Shown here: positions 37,067 to 50,100 of the stretch, one piece after another | How the letters are laid out: each line of letters starts with the position of its first letter | Position numbering within the stretch: position 1 is the first letter of the stretch | NCBI GenBank assembly: GCA_034780895.1 | Contig: JAUZTB010000064.1 | Location: 75,155,143 to 75,219,142, forward strand | Source of the DNA: Rhynchobatus australiae | Lineage: Eukaryota | Direction: 5' to 3' | DNA: 64,000 nt | The notes under the pieces: generated by a model | Databases searched by the model: none | What the model saw: the letters and a program-made list of their open reading frames with translations, nothing else | Told to the model about the DNA's origin: nothing | Made by a program: the position numbers and the translations under genes

Positions 37067-40000
37067 ATTGACATTGTCCTCCAAGTGCGCACCTGTGTCA
37101 TATTTTTGTTTAATTGCTCATTATGTTACTGAGCTGCAGTGTGCAAAGTTGGGATTCCAGTGTCAGTGAAGAAGTGCATGACATGGCAAAACAATAATAG
37201 AAAGGATAAGTAGAGATAGGCAAATGTAATTCTAGAGTGACCACCTTTATTTTAACCCTCTCAGGTTGTCATCTGCAGAACTAAAAGGACTCTGATTGAA
37301 GGACAATCATCACTAGGAATCAGCTGTAATGAAGGTTTGTAATCCCAGCCCGATTGGGCTAACACTTAATGAAAGGGTGTCTAAAATGCCACATTTCTCA
37401 CTCAACAGAATAAAAGAACAAAATATGAGTGTAATTACCTGCAGATTTTCACAAAAAGGATATTGATTTGATGTATATGCATCTTGTCTACCTTTCAATT
37501 TTTCTCCCACACAGACAATGTTACAACCTGTAGAATGACTGTTGTCTCCCCCCGTTTCATTATGTTCCTGCACTCATCTTCACTTTCCCTAAATCCTCTG
37601 TACTAAATGCATCCAAATTGGAGCTTACAGTCAAAATGCTTTACTTATACCCATGACATCATGGGAGACTTGGGTTGATTTCAGTTGAGTCTATTAGTAT
37701 GTCAAACAGATAAAACTCCCTAATAGCTACTGTCGTTTCTGCCTAAGTGATTTTAAATGCACTATTTAACAAAATTAAGCTGCATTAAGTTCAGGTTGCC
37801 TGGATCGTTTGGCAAATCAGAGTCAACTTTACTAGTTTTATCCAAGCTTATCCACTCTCCAATCAATAGGCTTCAGGACTGAACATTCAGACTTCAGCTT
37901 ATCTGCCACTTACCACTGAGCTGTAACATAATGCCTGTGTTTTACTTTTTCCCCCTTTTTCCTTTCACAGTTCAGTTTTTGCGATCGCTTCGGCAAGTAG
38001 ATTAAGGTCATGCCACTTTTAACACCCAACCGCCAACCTGAGTCAATAGCATCAGAGAACGCAATACCTCAGANNNNNNTAATTGTTTGATTCTGATCTT
38101 GCCACTTAAACCAGGCATTCTAAGTTATGCTGCAACTTGATGGTGCAGTCCGCCAGTTTATCACCTCAGGGCTTATCTGACCCCTTGGTACAGCGATAGT
38201 GAAGAACATCACACTGTTGAACGCTGGATGGAATGTACAGATGTTTGGAGCTGAACACCTGGGCCAAGGTAACATTCAAACCTTCATTGAGAGAATTAAA
38301 GACAAAGTTCATGAATAGATATGCCCAGCTCTGATACTTCACAGGTTCAAAGAGCTTCACAAGACAGGTGCACACAATCAACATACACACATCTCTCTTT
38401 CTGAAGGTGCTATTTTTTTCTCACAACTGGGGTTTTGTACTCAACTGATCACTGTAAAGGTCCCCAAATCCAAGCACTTACAGCTCATGAAAGAACAGCT
38501 GCAATTTTTTTCTCTCTTCTGTCAAGTTACTTCAATTAAGCAATTAAAGTTTTTTTCTCTCTCTCTTGTAACCTGAGGAAAAAGTAAAATTGTGAAAGTC
38601 TGCTCTGCTGGATTAACTGTGTTATTATCAACTCCCTCTTCTCCCTTTCTAAAAGTGGAACGTGTTATTAACATAACTCTAAAAGGGCTTCCAGCTATTT
38701 CCCAAACAATCAACAGGAGTTCCTGCTGTTAGCTCTCTCAAGCCTGACACTGTGGAATTGGAAAGAGACAGTAACCAGTGCCTCAACTCCATCAACCCCT
38801 CCATCGTTGCCCACCCCCGTCCTTCAAAGGACACGGTAGATCCTTTGCTCCTGTTCACTGTCAAACATTCTCAAAATCTACATTTCCGTTCATTTACAAG
38901 TACGTCTTTTGTTCAACGTCTGTTCATGTTGAACTACTTCTGGAGTTCCCCAAAGGCTCAGCCAGTTTATTCATTAAATAGCTGAGTGGGAAAGACTCGG
39001 GGCTGATCATTAGTTTGCGCTGATTTAGTTAAGGTGGGGGTTGTGCCACTGGGATTTGTAACTTAAAAATGGGAGGGGGGAGGGTTGAGATATGGGGTTG
39101 AAGGGGGAGCAGGAAGGGAAAGGAATGAACTGGCCAAGACTCCGTCTCTGAACACAATACAGCAGCTCCTGTTTGTAGATGTTATAAAGGGTTAGAATCA
39201 GTTGTTCTTTCCTTCTCGCTGTATTCCCCTCCTCCGATGCACAGTCAATAACAGTTGACACAATGTCAAGGCTGACACATGAATAATGTTCACTGCAGTG
39301 TGACAGTGCCTGAATTAATGACTGTAGGGAGGTCAGAATGGAAGAAATGATCAAAAATTAAAAAGATCACTCTTGTTCTTTCACTTTAAATGCTGGGCCC
39401 AATCTTCTGACATAACCCCTGTGGTAAGTTTGGAAGTTACTGACATTTCCCGGCAGAAATACCAGCTTCCAGAGCCAGCGAGGGACTAAGTCAGAGGTCA
39501 CACCTTCCACTGGGCTGCCAGCAGCCCCAACCCTGGACCAGTGGACTCTACATCGAACACAGAAGCAGCAAATGCTCCTGTAGACTAACCTAGTCTCAGC
39601 CCAAGCCTGCATCAGTTCAAAGTCCCACCTCCTCCCTCACACCCCACCCATCACCTCTGCCCCAATCAAATGGCTCAGAGAAATCTGTTGCCAGCGAAAA
39701 GGTAAGTGGAGCTTATTTTCTTGCTTAATTAAGACAGTTTCAACAGTTTTTTAAATTAGATTTTTTGGTACATGAATGTGTTTCTTAGTGCTTTAATTAT
39801 AAACAAAATCTTTAATAAACATTTTCTATATTATTGATAATTAAAGAATCTCAAAGACTTTTGCAAACATTCAGTGATGCTGACAGCTTTGACAGCCACC
39901 ATGAGTGGGCCTAACCGGCTGTCAAAACCATTCTGTAAGTGCAGCTGGCTATCAGTGCCAAGACAGCCCAAATTCTGCACTCCACCACGCCAAGAGCATA

Positions 40001-40883
40001 GGTGTTGGGCTCCCAGAGCAAAGCTGCACGTGGGGACACAACGGAACCAACAGCATAGCCCACAGCAAGTGGCTGGCAATTTCTGAACAACAGATCTCTC
40101 ATTTTCTCGCCCCACATCATTTTTCACTTCTTTTCAATGATGCTGCCTCTGTGCGCCAACTGAATTAACAACAAAGCTAATCCCAAACTACGGCGAGGTT
40201 ACAGTACAATGAAAAACTTGCAACAGCATCACAGGCACATAGGTGTCCAAAACATTGGTCCATGTTTGGTCTGTCCATCTGATTAATTTTCACTCTGCGG
40301 CCTCTCCCATCTACTTTATCCTCCTCCACTAAATACCCTTAGCACAACCACCAAAATGTGACCTGAAACATGGCTTCACAGTGCCTAACTAGGCTCAGGT
40401 AAACAGAGGTGTGGGGCACTGGCTCTCTGTGCCGTGAGGTGGCTTGAGCCTGAGTTAACTTGCACCTTTCCCAACCATCAGCCAACTTCTCAAGGTGCTT
40501 TCCCCTGTTTCATTTGGCACCTTGTGCTGGTGACCACACTTAAGCTGCTGATCCTGAATAGATAGTTGTTTGTCTAAGGGACATCACTGTTAACTCCGAT
40601 CCCCTCTTCAAGTGACATCCAAAATGATCTCATTCCCAAATTCATGTTAATTTTTCTCTTCCAATGACACTGAGATCAAATGTCCATTCACACCACTGGT
40701 TTGGACAAGATCAACTAACTCAAAGTAGATTCATAATCTGAATTAGTGTATTCTTAGTCATTATGGTTCAATAATTCAATAGGCTTTTACCCATTATTAG
40801 CAGAGACTTATTAGCAGAGTCTGATTCCATGTTTTTTAAAATCGTTCATTGGGCATGGGTGTAATTATCAAAGCCAGCATTTA

Positions 40884-41183
40884 AGATATATAAGATATAA
40901 AAGATATTTATTTATTAGTCACATGTACATCAAAACACAGAGTGAAATGCGTCTTTTTGCGTTACTGAGAATGTGCTGGGGGCAGCCCGCAAGTGTTGCC
41001 ACTCTTCTGGCACCAACATAGCGTGCCCACAGCTCCTAACCTGTACATCTTTTTGGAATGTGGGAGGAAACCGGAGCACCCAGAAGAAACCCACACAGAC
41101 ACAGGGAGAACGTACAAACTCCTTACACACAGCGGCGGGTATCGAACCCGGGTTGCTGGCGCTGTAATAGTGTTAAGCTAACC
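40884..41183 (-). mobile_element. tRNA-derived V-SINE with Rex-like tail (relatively young, CpGs retained)
   Basis: Minus strand: ggttagcttaacactattacagcgccagcaacccgggttcgatacc...gagtttgtacgttctccc...ggtttcctcccacattcc...gtacatgtgactaataaa. Homologous to 63354-63650. Confidence 0.9.
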
Positions 41184-41334
41184 TCTCTTGAGAAGGTATC
41201 GTTGAGCTGCCTTCTTGAACGGCAGTGATCTGTATGTGAGGTACTCTCATAGGGAGAGAAGCTGTAGCTGGTGGTGTTCTCAGGCACTGCTCTCCTGGCC
41301 CTTCGAAATAGCAAAGTTCATGGGTTTGAGAATG

Positions 41335-41675
41335 GACAGCACAGCGGCACAGCTAGTAGAGCTGCTGCCTCACAGCTTCAGCAATCCACATTCACTGCTG
41401 ATCCCCAGTACTGTCTGTGTGGAGTGTGCACATTCTTCCCAGGTTTTCTCTGGCTGTTCCAGTTTTCTCCCATATCCCAAAGGTGTGAATTGGTAGGGTA
41501 AGTGTCCACTGTACATTGCTACTAGTGAGTGCTAGAATCTGTGCATAATTGATGGGAATGTGGGGAGAACAATGGAATTAGTGTAGGATTAGCGTTAACA
41601 AGTGTTGGATGGCCAGCATGGACTATGCTGTTGGATAGTGCTGGATGGTCTGTTTCCCTGCTGTATGAGTCTAAT
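41335..41675 (+). mobile_element. V-SINE (HE1-like), full length
   Basis: gcacagcggcacagctagtagagctgctgcctcacagc...tgtctgtgtggagtgtgcacattc...tgtttccctgctgtatgagtcta. Confidence 0.88.
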
Positions 41676-44002
41676 GAGAGGCACTGTCAAAAGTAGCCTT
41701 GGGGAGCTGTTGCAATGCATCTCATAGACAGTACATACTGCAACCAAGGTGCACTGGTGGTAGAGGAAATAAGTGTTTAGGATGGTGGATGGGATACCAA
41801 TCAAGCAGGCTACTCTGTCCTGGATGAGGTTGAGCTTTCTTCAGATATAGTGGAGCTACACTTATCCAGGCAGAGAGAGAGAATATTCCTTCCCACTCCT
41901 AATTTGAACCTTATAGGTTCCAGAAATCACTGGCCAGTCAAGAAGAGAGTCATTTGCTGCAGAATAACCAGCCTCTGAACTGCACTTGAAGCCTTGGTAC
42001 TTACATAACTGATCCAATTGAGTTCTGTGTCAATGGGAATGTTTTAAAAGGATCCCTTCTCATTGCACGTGACATAAATGTGTCTTGCCACTTGTCAGCT
42101 GGAGCCAGACTGTTGTCCAGGTCCTGCTGCATGCAGGCATGAACTTCTTCATGTCTTTCAACTGAATGTGAGGACCATACATCATGTGGTTGATTCATCT
42201 TGTAAATATGGCTCTCATGGCACTGTTATAGTGAAATGCATGAAGAATACAACACAAATGATGTGGTACCAGTGGTTCTCTTTATCTTTATAGCTTTTGT
42301 TTATTCTTCTGTGAACTTATTATGTAAATTTCTGTTTTAGAAGTATCAATACAATCCTGCAATAAAGGTAATAAAAAGGCTGGTGTCTCTGGAAACAGAT
42401 GAGAGCTCCCGTTCTTCTACAGCCTTGGAACGCAGCATGAAAGGAACATCAGAGGAGCAGAGCCATCACACAAGTCTTAGAAATCTTTCATCCCACTGCA
42501 TCATTCCCAAGGATTACTTTGTGCAACCTTTCCTGTGAAACTGCACAGTGCACCAGCAGCAATAACATACATCTTAAATGAACCTTGTTTAGTCAGAAGT
42601 AGCCTCTCATAATGAAAGGAGCCAACAAAGAATGCTCAGTGAATACAGATGTGTTAGACCCATGAAGGCCAAACTCACTGCAGGCGCACACAGGTTCTAT
42701 GTGCCCCCGGCACACAATACCAACCAACAACTCTCATTGCTGTCATTGTACTTTGGGCAGTCGGGCACCGTGTATTAGCATCCAAGGGTTAATGCCAAAG
42801 GAGGTGATTGTTTAAAAATTCACATTACCAAAGCGGATTACATTGCATCTACTGAGAGGATCAACAATGTAAGCCTACACTAAGCCATTATTTCAGAAAC
42901 AAAGCTTTCATTTTTAAGCCTTTTGAAACAAGAATAAATTGCACAAAAGAAAAAAAATTCTTCTGATGTGAGAACAAGAGCAAACACTAAATGCTTTTCA
43001 TGCAAACTTGAATTGACTGGGCACAAGTGACCCAGCCGGCCAGATGGCATCCAGGGGAAATTGGTCTCAGTCAAAGCGCATAACACGGAATGTTTTTTAG
43101 TTTTGGCAAATAAACACGAAGGCGTAAGAAGTCAATAGCTGCAGTTCATTCAAGTTTGCATGGACAGGCCAACTCTTGGCAAACGCTGTGCATTTACCGA
43201 AGGTAATTAAGCAGCTCCCTGCATTGTCTTTCACTTTAAACTGAGTAAGACCCAGATCCCAATTAAGTATGTTGCAGTGTCATGGACATGGCTTGCCAAA
43301 TTGTTGGCATGTCCAAAACCCCAGAGCAATAGTGCTGTCTGTTCTTTCCACTGTGAGAGCCATACCAAGCACAAGATCCCAGAAGTTGCAGTAAATATTG
43401 AGAAAGCCTTACAGAAACAGCACGGTAAAGTTGGCTAAGTTTTACAAAGAGTAATACTATTATCTGCTACTGCAAATGAACCTTATCATTTGTCTTGTCA
43501 TCACTCAGGAGCTCAATGAATGGCTGGGTGAAGAAACAAAATGGTGTGGTGTGCAGTCTCCAAAACAGACCCTTTCTTACACCCACTGGGGTATATGTCA
43601 AGAAATATAGAAGATCACCTAGCAAAGTACCTGATAGTCCTAGCATCCATGCAATTGTGCCAATATTACCACCGTAAAGAAGAAATAGGAACAACTGATA
43701 TCATTTCTCTACATCACACTTGCACTTCCCCATTGTGAGCCATACCACACTGGTACCTCTTCATCTGTTGTCAATTTTGCCTTTCATTAGCTGGCTGCTG
43801 CAGTCAAAGCAGAAGAACATGCATGTGTGTTTGATCTCCCACATGCATGGAGATATCAGATCATCTCTCCTTGTACTACTCATTCCGAAAAGTGGCTTAA
43901 ATCTTGGCACGACAATCTTCGTGCTCTAAAATACATTTTCTGGGTGGGGAGAAATAAAGTTCTTCAATAACTAACACATCCATTCTACTTAGTGAAAGAA
44001 CA

Positions 44003-44207
44003 TGAAAAAGCAGAAAATGCAGGAAATTCTCTGCAGGTCTGGCTCCATCTGTGAAGAGAAAAACAGAGTTAACATTTCAGGTTGAAGATCCTTCACGTTT
44101 CTTCGACCTAAAATAGTAACTCTGTTTCTCTTTCCATAAATGTTGCCTGACCTGCTGAGTGTTTCCAGCATTTTCCATTTTTGTTTCAGATTTCTAACAC
44201 CTGAAGT
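44003..44207. mobile_element. Penelope-like terminal repeat (family B) as an inverted pair / long palindrome
   Basis: gaaaaagcagaaaatgcaggaaattctctgcaggtctggc...aacagagttaacatttcaggttgaaga mirrors tcttcgacctaaaatagtaactctgtttc...gcctgacctgctgagtgtttccagcattttc. Confidence 0.75.
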
Positions 44208-45369
44208 TTTTTTTTTAATTTTCATATATTACAACAGAAACGATATTGGCAAAAATTAACTCTGTTTTAAACTTTCCTAATACTGCCACCCAATCAAGGT
44301 GAACATTTAATATTAATGGGTTGGTGTCAGTGCTAAGATGATTATGAATCTTGGACTGTGTTTACTGTGTGGTGAGTCTTGAGAATGATGCCATTCTCCT
44401 GCAATTAACAGGCTAATAAGCAGGCAGTCAGCCTTTTAAATTAGCAGCATTAGTGAGGTCATTCATTTCTCACATATGCAACTGGCAACAATATGTTAGC
44501 CTGTGCGATTGGGCAGAGCAGTGACATCAGATCAGAACAGCAGCAGGTGTGTATGCTGACTGCACTGTCCTGATGTGATACAGCCACAGGAGGGGCAGGT
44601 TTACAGGACCACAGGAAGAAAAGTAACAGTTACACAAGGCCCAGTAGAAATAGGGATTCCTCTTCTTTAATTAAAGCTAGCTAATCAACAAAAATTAATG
44701 TACAAGCAGCCTAAGGTATAAGGGCCTGGCACAAACAATGATATTTCAAAATGAATTTTTGACCCCATGCTGTTTGAACACCTTAGAATCATTTGTTGTG
44801 GCTTACAAGTACATATTTACAATATAATAACCATAGTGCAAGATTAATATTGCAGCATTAAAGCAGAGCAAAGTTCTTGAATAATCATTTCAAAGCCAGT
44901 GAAAGCCAAGTGATTTTTGACTTAAAAAGAACTTGCTTTCTCAGACTTGGCACCTTTAAGCTTTCAGGTAAATCTACTGCCAACGGACAACACCGTGAAA
45001 CAAAGTTCAGGGTTTTCTAGCTACTGGGTCACTCCGGAACAAGCACAAAGCTAACACAAAAATGCTAAGTATGTATGATTAGAGAATGAGAAATTCATAT
45101 ATATTTAAGGTAGCGTCATTTATTTAGAAACATTTGTTTTTGATTATTGCAATTATTCTGTGTTTCTGACACATTAACAGATACTACAAAAAAACCATAA
45201 AGTGCACATTGTATACTGCAGGAATAAATAAGCCAATACATTTGCTTAGCATGCTACCTCCTATTAATCTATCATAATTATGCCTCAACTAGTAACAGAT
45301 CTTTTTAAACAGGGAATCTCTAAAGTGAAAAACAGCTTTTCAGACGAATCAATAAAAGGAAAAACTGAT

Positions 45370-46428
45370 TGTCAACATCCTTGGATGTCACTCACCAACC
45401 AGAAGACATTAACATCCCTGTGCCCTTGAACATCCGTACTGAACATCAGCACCTCCCACACACTGGCGCTACCAAAAGCCAATTTTCCCGAACATCAAAC
45501 CACCCCAATCCACCGTCCTTGCCTTCAATCTTAGCATCAACATCCTTGGACATCACTCATCCACCCACTGAAGATCAATCCTCACTCCCAATTGATCACC
45601 AGTCTTACACCACCCACTTAAAATCAACTTCTCTCTGGACACTACTCCCAAATAATCACATCCTGAACATTATCTATTGTTTCAACACTAATCATCTTGA
45701 ACATCACCCACTGAACAGCAACCTGTTGAACAACATCTCTCCTTGAAAATCACCCCAACGGAACATCAACTCCCTTATGCACATCACTGACTTGAATACC
45801 AGTCTTGCTGATTATCACTCCCTGGAAAATAGCTCTTGAATGTCTGCACACCCTTGAACATCATTCCAAAACAACCGTCCCAACCAAGCACCACCTTTCC
45901 CCTGAATACAATCACCCCATTGTAGATCAAACCCCTAAACATTATCTCACCTAACATTATTGCTTCAACATCAACAACCCTGTCACTATTATTGACCCTC
46001 AGAACATCACTACTTCCCCAAACATAATCCTTGGTGAAAGTCACCTCACTGAATATCTGCACTTCCCCAAATATCAATCAAAGATCTCACCTCTGAATGT
46101 CACCTACATTTGACTATCGTTCCTCCACACATCCTGTTTCTGAAACCCTTTCCATTGACATCACTCAACCCCCCCTGCCCCCCCAATCATCAACCCCCCG
46201 TCCCAAACATCATCTGTAAGACAGTATGAAGCCCCCTTCTGCAAATTTTCACCGTCCCAAATATCACTCCCCAAACATCACCAGCTCTTGTCAATATCAC
46301 TTCATAATGTATACCAATAAAATCATCCTATGAGCATCATCCTTCCAAAACAATACTTCCCACCTCAAACACCTTTACCCCCAGCTCTTGATTATCAACG
46401 CCCTAACATAAACCATGCCCCATCTCTC
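45370..46428. repeat. Degenerate C/A-rich array built on a (ttg)aacatca(c) motif
   Basis: Dozens of aacatc/aatatc/gacatc variants; the longer unit tcaacatccttggaYRtcactca occurs at ~45372 and ~45537. Confidence 0.75.
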
Positions 46429-47006
46429 NNNNNNNNNNNNNNNNNNNNNNNNNNNNNNNNNNNNNNNNNNNNNNNNNNNNNNNNNNNNNNNNNNNNNNNN
46501 NNNNNNNNNNNNNNNNNNNNNNNNNNNNGAACACAAATCTAACCCACCTCATATTCCAGCCTTGATGTGAGTAAACCACAACTGTATAACATCACGGTTT
46601 TCCCACTTAGCCTCAAAACATACAGTGCAGGGAAGTGTGGGGACATGTGTCTAACCACACATTCCAAGATCTAGTTAAGGAGAAACTGAACGTTGCTAAT
46701 TTACAAAAACATTATCAGTCCAATCTTGCCCTTGCTTGTGAATCAAAGATTCATGTTCCTTTAATTATTACAATGTAATATCATTTTGTTTGCATTCCAA
46801 ATCACTGACTTAAAATTTAAAAAATCAACCCATTTTGCCTAAGATGGTGGGTGAGAGCTAAAATTGCATATGAGCCCCGAAACACCAGACAGCAAAGACA
46901 CAATTGCACATTTTGAAGGTTGGTGTCTAACAGCAGACCCACACCAACTTCTTGACTGAAATTGTCAACAGAAGCAATCTTACTTCATCTCTGAAAGGAA
47001 ATCTTG

Positions 47007-47157
47007 GTGTTTTGGGTTGAAACCCTGCATCAGGATGGGTTTAATCTCGAAACATCGACAATTCCTTTCCTCCCACAGATTCTGCTTGACCCGCTGAGTT
47101 CCTCCAGCAGGTTGTTTGTTGCTCCAGATTCCAGCATCTGCTGTCTCTCATGTCTCC
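47007..47157 (+). mobile_element. Penelope-like terminal fragment (family A) with short inverted 5' piece
   Basis: tttgggttgaaaccctgcatcagga (inverted), then gggtttaatctcgaaacatcgacaattcctttcctcccacagat...gctccagattccagcatctgc. Confidence 0.8.
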
Positions 47158-50100
47158 AATATGTGGGGAGGTTCTAGCTAGGGAAAGTCTTAAATCGTCT
47201 AATATCTGAAATAAATCTTGATAGTGGGGCTCAAGTTTATATACATCAGTAAAGGAATGGTGCTAGCACACCTGAACTTTCATGCTTTGCCCTATCCCGT
47301 GCATTTCCAATGGTTTGGTACATTATGGAGGCTCCAAGCATCAGAGCTTCAAAATTTCCTGGCCTTTCTTGTCGTGGACAGGTAGCCTCTCACTGGTGCT
47401 CATGTTAGCTCACATATTATCACCCACTGATTTAAGTATAACACTAAGGTAGAGCTTTTCCACATGAAAGCATTGCTATTCATCATGTGTAAAATCGGGT
47501 CCAGGCTATATCAAAGATCATTGACCTCGTTATAGCTGAAGATGAAAGAACACAAAGCACACGCTGAAACCAACCCCCCCCACCCCCCCTCCACCTCGTA
47601 ATATTAACATTTCCTTTTAAAGGCAAGGAAGGGGAACATGTGTTCTGTTCCCATTAGACTAATACCCATGACAGCTTGGGTTTCATATTAAAGGGGCAGA
47701 CAACAAAAAGCATTAAACAGATTATGCGAAGCTGTCCTTAAGAAAAAAATTAGGCGTCACAGATTTGCGTGCACTTCAGCCCATGTCGAATGACTGGATT
47801 CAGGTGGTCCCATATACAGGCTTCAGAAATCTAAGGATTACCACATTCAGTAAAGACAATGAAGACAAAACTTTCCTAATAAAGCCTGCCACTCAGCTCC
47901 AAAGGGAAAAAAACATCTTGGATGATTTTTTTTTGGATGTAAGCCAATTTTCAATAATACTGCCACCTAGACTTTCCTTTCCCTTCATTTCTTCATTTAT
48001 GTCTATATTTATACTTTAATCCTCCTAAAATTTGTGGTATTTCTTTAAATGAACTGCCTGCATGCCACTGACAATTAAAGAAGAAACTGCGGCATGCAAA
48101 CAGAATAGGAAACTGCAAAATATCAGAGCTCAGAGACTTTGCAGCACTTTCAGGCCTGCTGACTGCTTATCCTTCTGGGGTTTCATTCATTTTTGCTGGT
48201 CTTTCCATCAAACAAAGATAAAATCTTTATTTTGCACATTGCATTTGCTAAGTACTGTAGTCAAATCAAAGAGATAATATCCAGGGTAGGATAGCTCACA
48301 GTTCAAAATGGTAGGGCAAAGCAACACCCTGACCAGGAACAACCAAGGCACTCAAAGGACATTAAGGAGGTGGCCAGCTGCTTTCTAACTACCACTCTAG
48401 CTGGCACTTGAAGCAAAATTCCTATCATACTCCCACAGCAGACATTTGACTGCAGTGTCGTAGGATTATTTAACTTCATTAGGTCAAGGACACATGCAGT
48501 GCAGAAACTAGACGCTGATCTGTTGCTAGGTGACAGCTCCAATGCACCCAGTCAGTACCACAGGAAGTCGCCCATGCTTATTACCTGCGGCTGCCCTGCG
48601 ATTACCAAGAGTACAATCCAAGCACATTACTTTGGCAGATTGGGCCTTCCCATTGGCGATGTATGCCATGAAGGCTTATCACATGACCAGTGAGTGGAGC
48701 TGCCTGTGAGAAAGCTGTCAGCCTCTGCAAGACATCTTAAGCAGCTAACATTAATTGTTGAGGGGCAGTTGACATGGAGCTTTATTATCAAGCATATTAA
48801 TTATGGTTCAGTTAAACTGACATGCCTGACAGCAGTCTCTCCTGTGAAGAGAGTTAACAACAGTACATTATGTTTTGGCCCATTATGACCATGGGTTTGT
48901 GTGACTAATTTCCAAATTTTAACTTTCCTAAGATTGTCAAACTACTGGACAGTCAGGAAATTTTACATCTATTAAAAACTCTAGTTAAACATGTGTTTAA
49001 CACTGGATAGGTGTTGCCACTATATTACTACAGAGTAGCTGATGATCTACTTAACAACCAATATACTTAATTTTGAATGAAACCTCAACAAATGTTTGAG
49101 GAGAGAGCAGGATAATTAAAGAACTAGCTGGTTCCTTCAGAGAGGCAACACTACACACAGCTGTGATTGTATAAAATTGAGAGTTTAATAGTTGCAGTTG
49201 CAAGTTTCGGGTAGTTAACTGTTGAAAAGTTTGGGTAGTTAACTGACCCAACTCAAGACATACCACTTGATAGAAAATTTGGAATTGGTATTTGTTTAGA
49301 GAAAAATGATATGAGAAATTAATGACCAGAAACCTAGCCTGTTTCATCTGGAGATCACAGTGGAACTTTACGCAGACTGCGACTCTCAGCTTCCCCTGCC
49401 ACAAATAGCCACACAGTCTCCTGAGAGAGGCAATAAAAAACATCAAACCCTTCAAACTAAAAATCTGAAACCTTAAGGCAGCCTGTGGGTTGTGTTTCAC
49501 CATTGTATTAAAAGCCACTGTAGCCCTGCTCAGTGGAATTCTTCAATGGTAATTCACACATCCACCCGCTGAGATCCATCCTCTCACCACGAGTAATTAA
49601 ACTACATGGCTTTTCAGTCCCAATTATTTGAATTGAGGGAAACAAAGTGTAGAAAGAATAAGCTGTTGTAACCCAGTTATTCCACTCATGTAGGCTTACC
49701 GGCAATGATTTACAGGGTTGAGTGCCCATTGATGGAATTATCTTTGAGTCTTATACAGTACATGCCTCAGAACTCCATCCACACTCTTGCTCTTCACCTC
49801 TGTCTCTGCTTTTTTCTCTCTCAGCCTTATCCAATTTTAGCCCAAACTTTATCTCCTCTGTGTGCTCCAATCTTGTGTTCTCTTCCCATCTTCATATGAC
49901 CATCTTTAATGTGAAGGGTTTTTGGGTGAATATAAATTGACTTCCACTACAATAATGATCTCTGGCCAACTGCACTGCTACTGTACCAACTTTATATGAT
50001 AGAAAGTAAAAAAAAGTGTACTGATGAATTATGAAAGGAACCTATTTGTGGTATGATTATTTCTTGTGTTTTTTCATTTGAGTTTCTTATTTTACCTTGA

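Larger units (their letters stand above)
40833..42175 (-). mobile_element. CR1-group (L2/Crack/Daphne-like) LINE 3' portion, interrupted by two SINEs
   Basis: ORF 42001..42198 has EVHACMQQDLDNSLAPADKWQDTF (post-YADD RT region). The sequence is colinear across both SINE insertions (gccagcattta|ctcttgagaagg; gggtttgaga|gagaggcactgtc). Confidence 0.75.
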
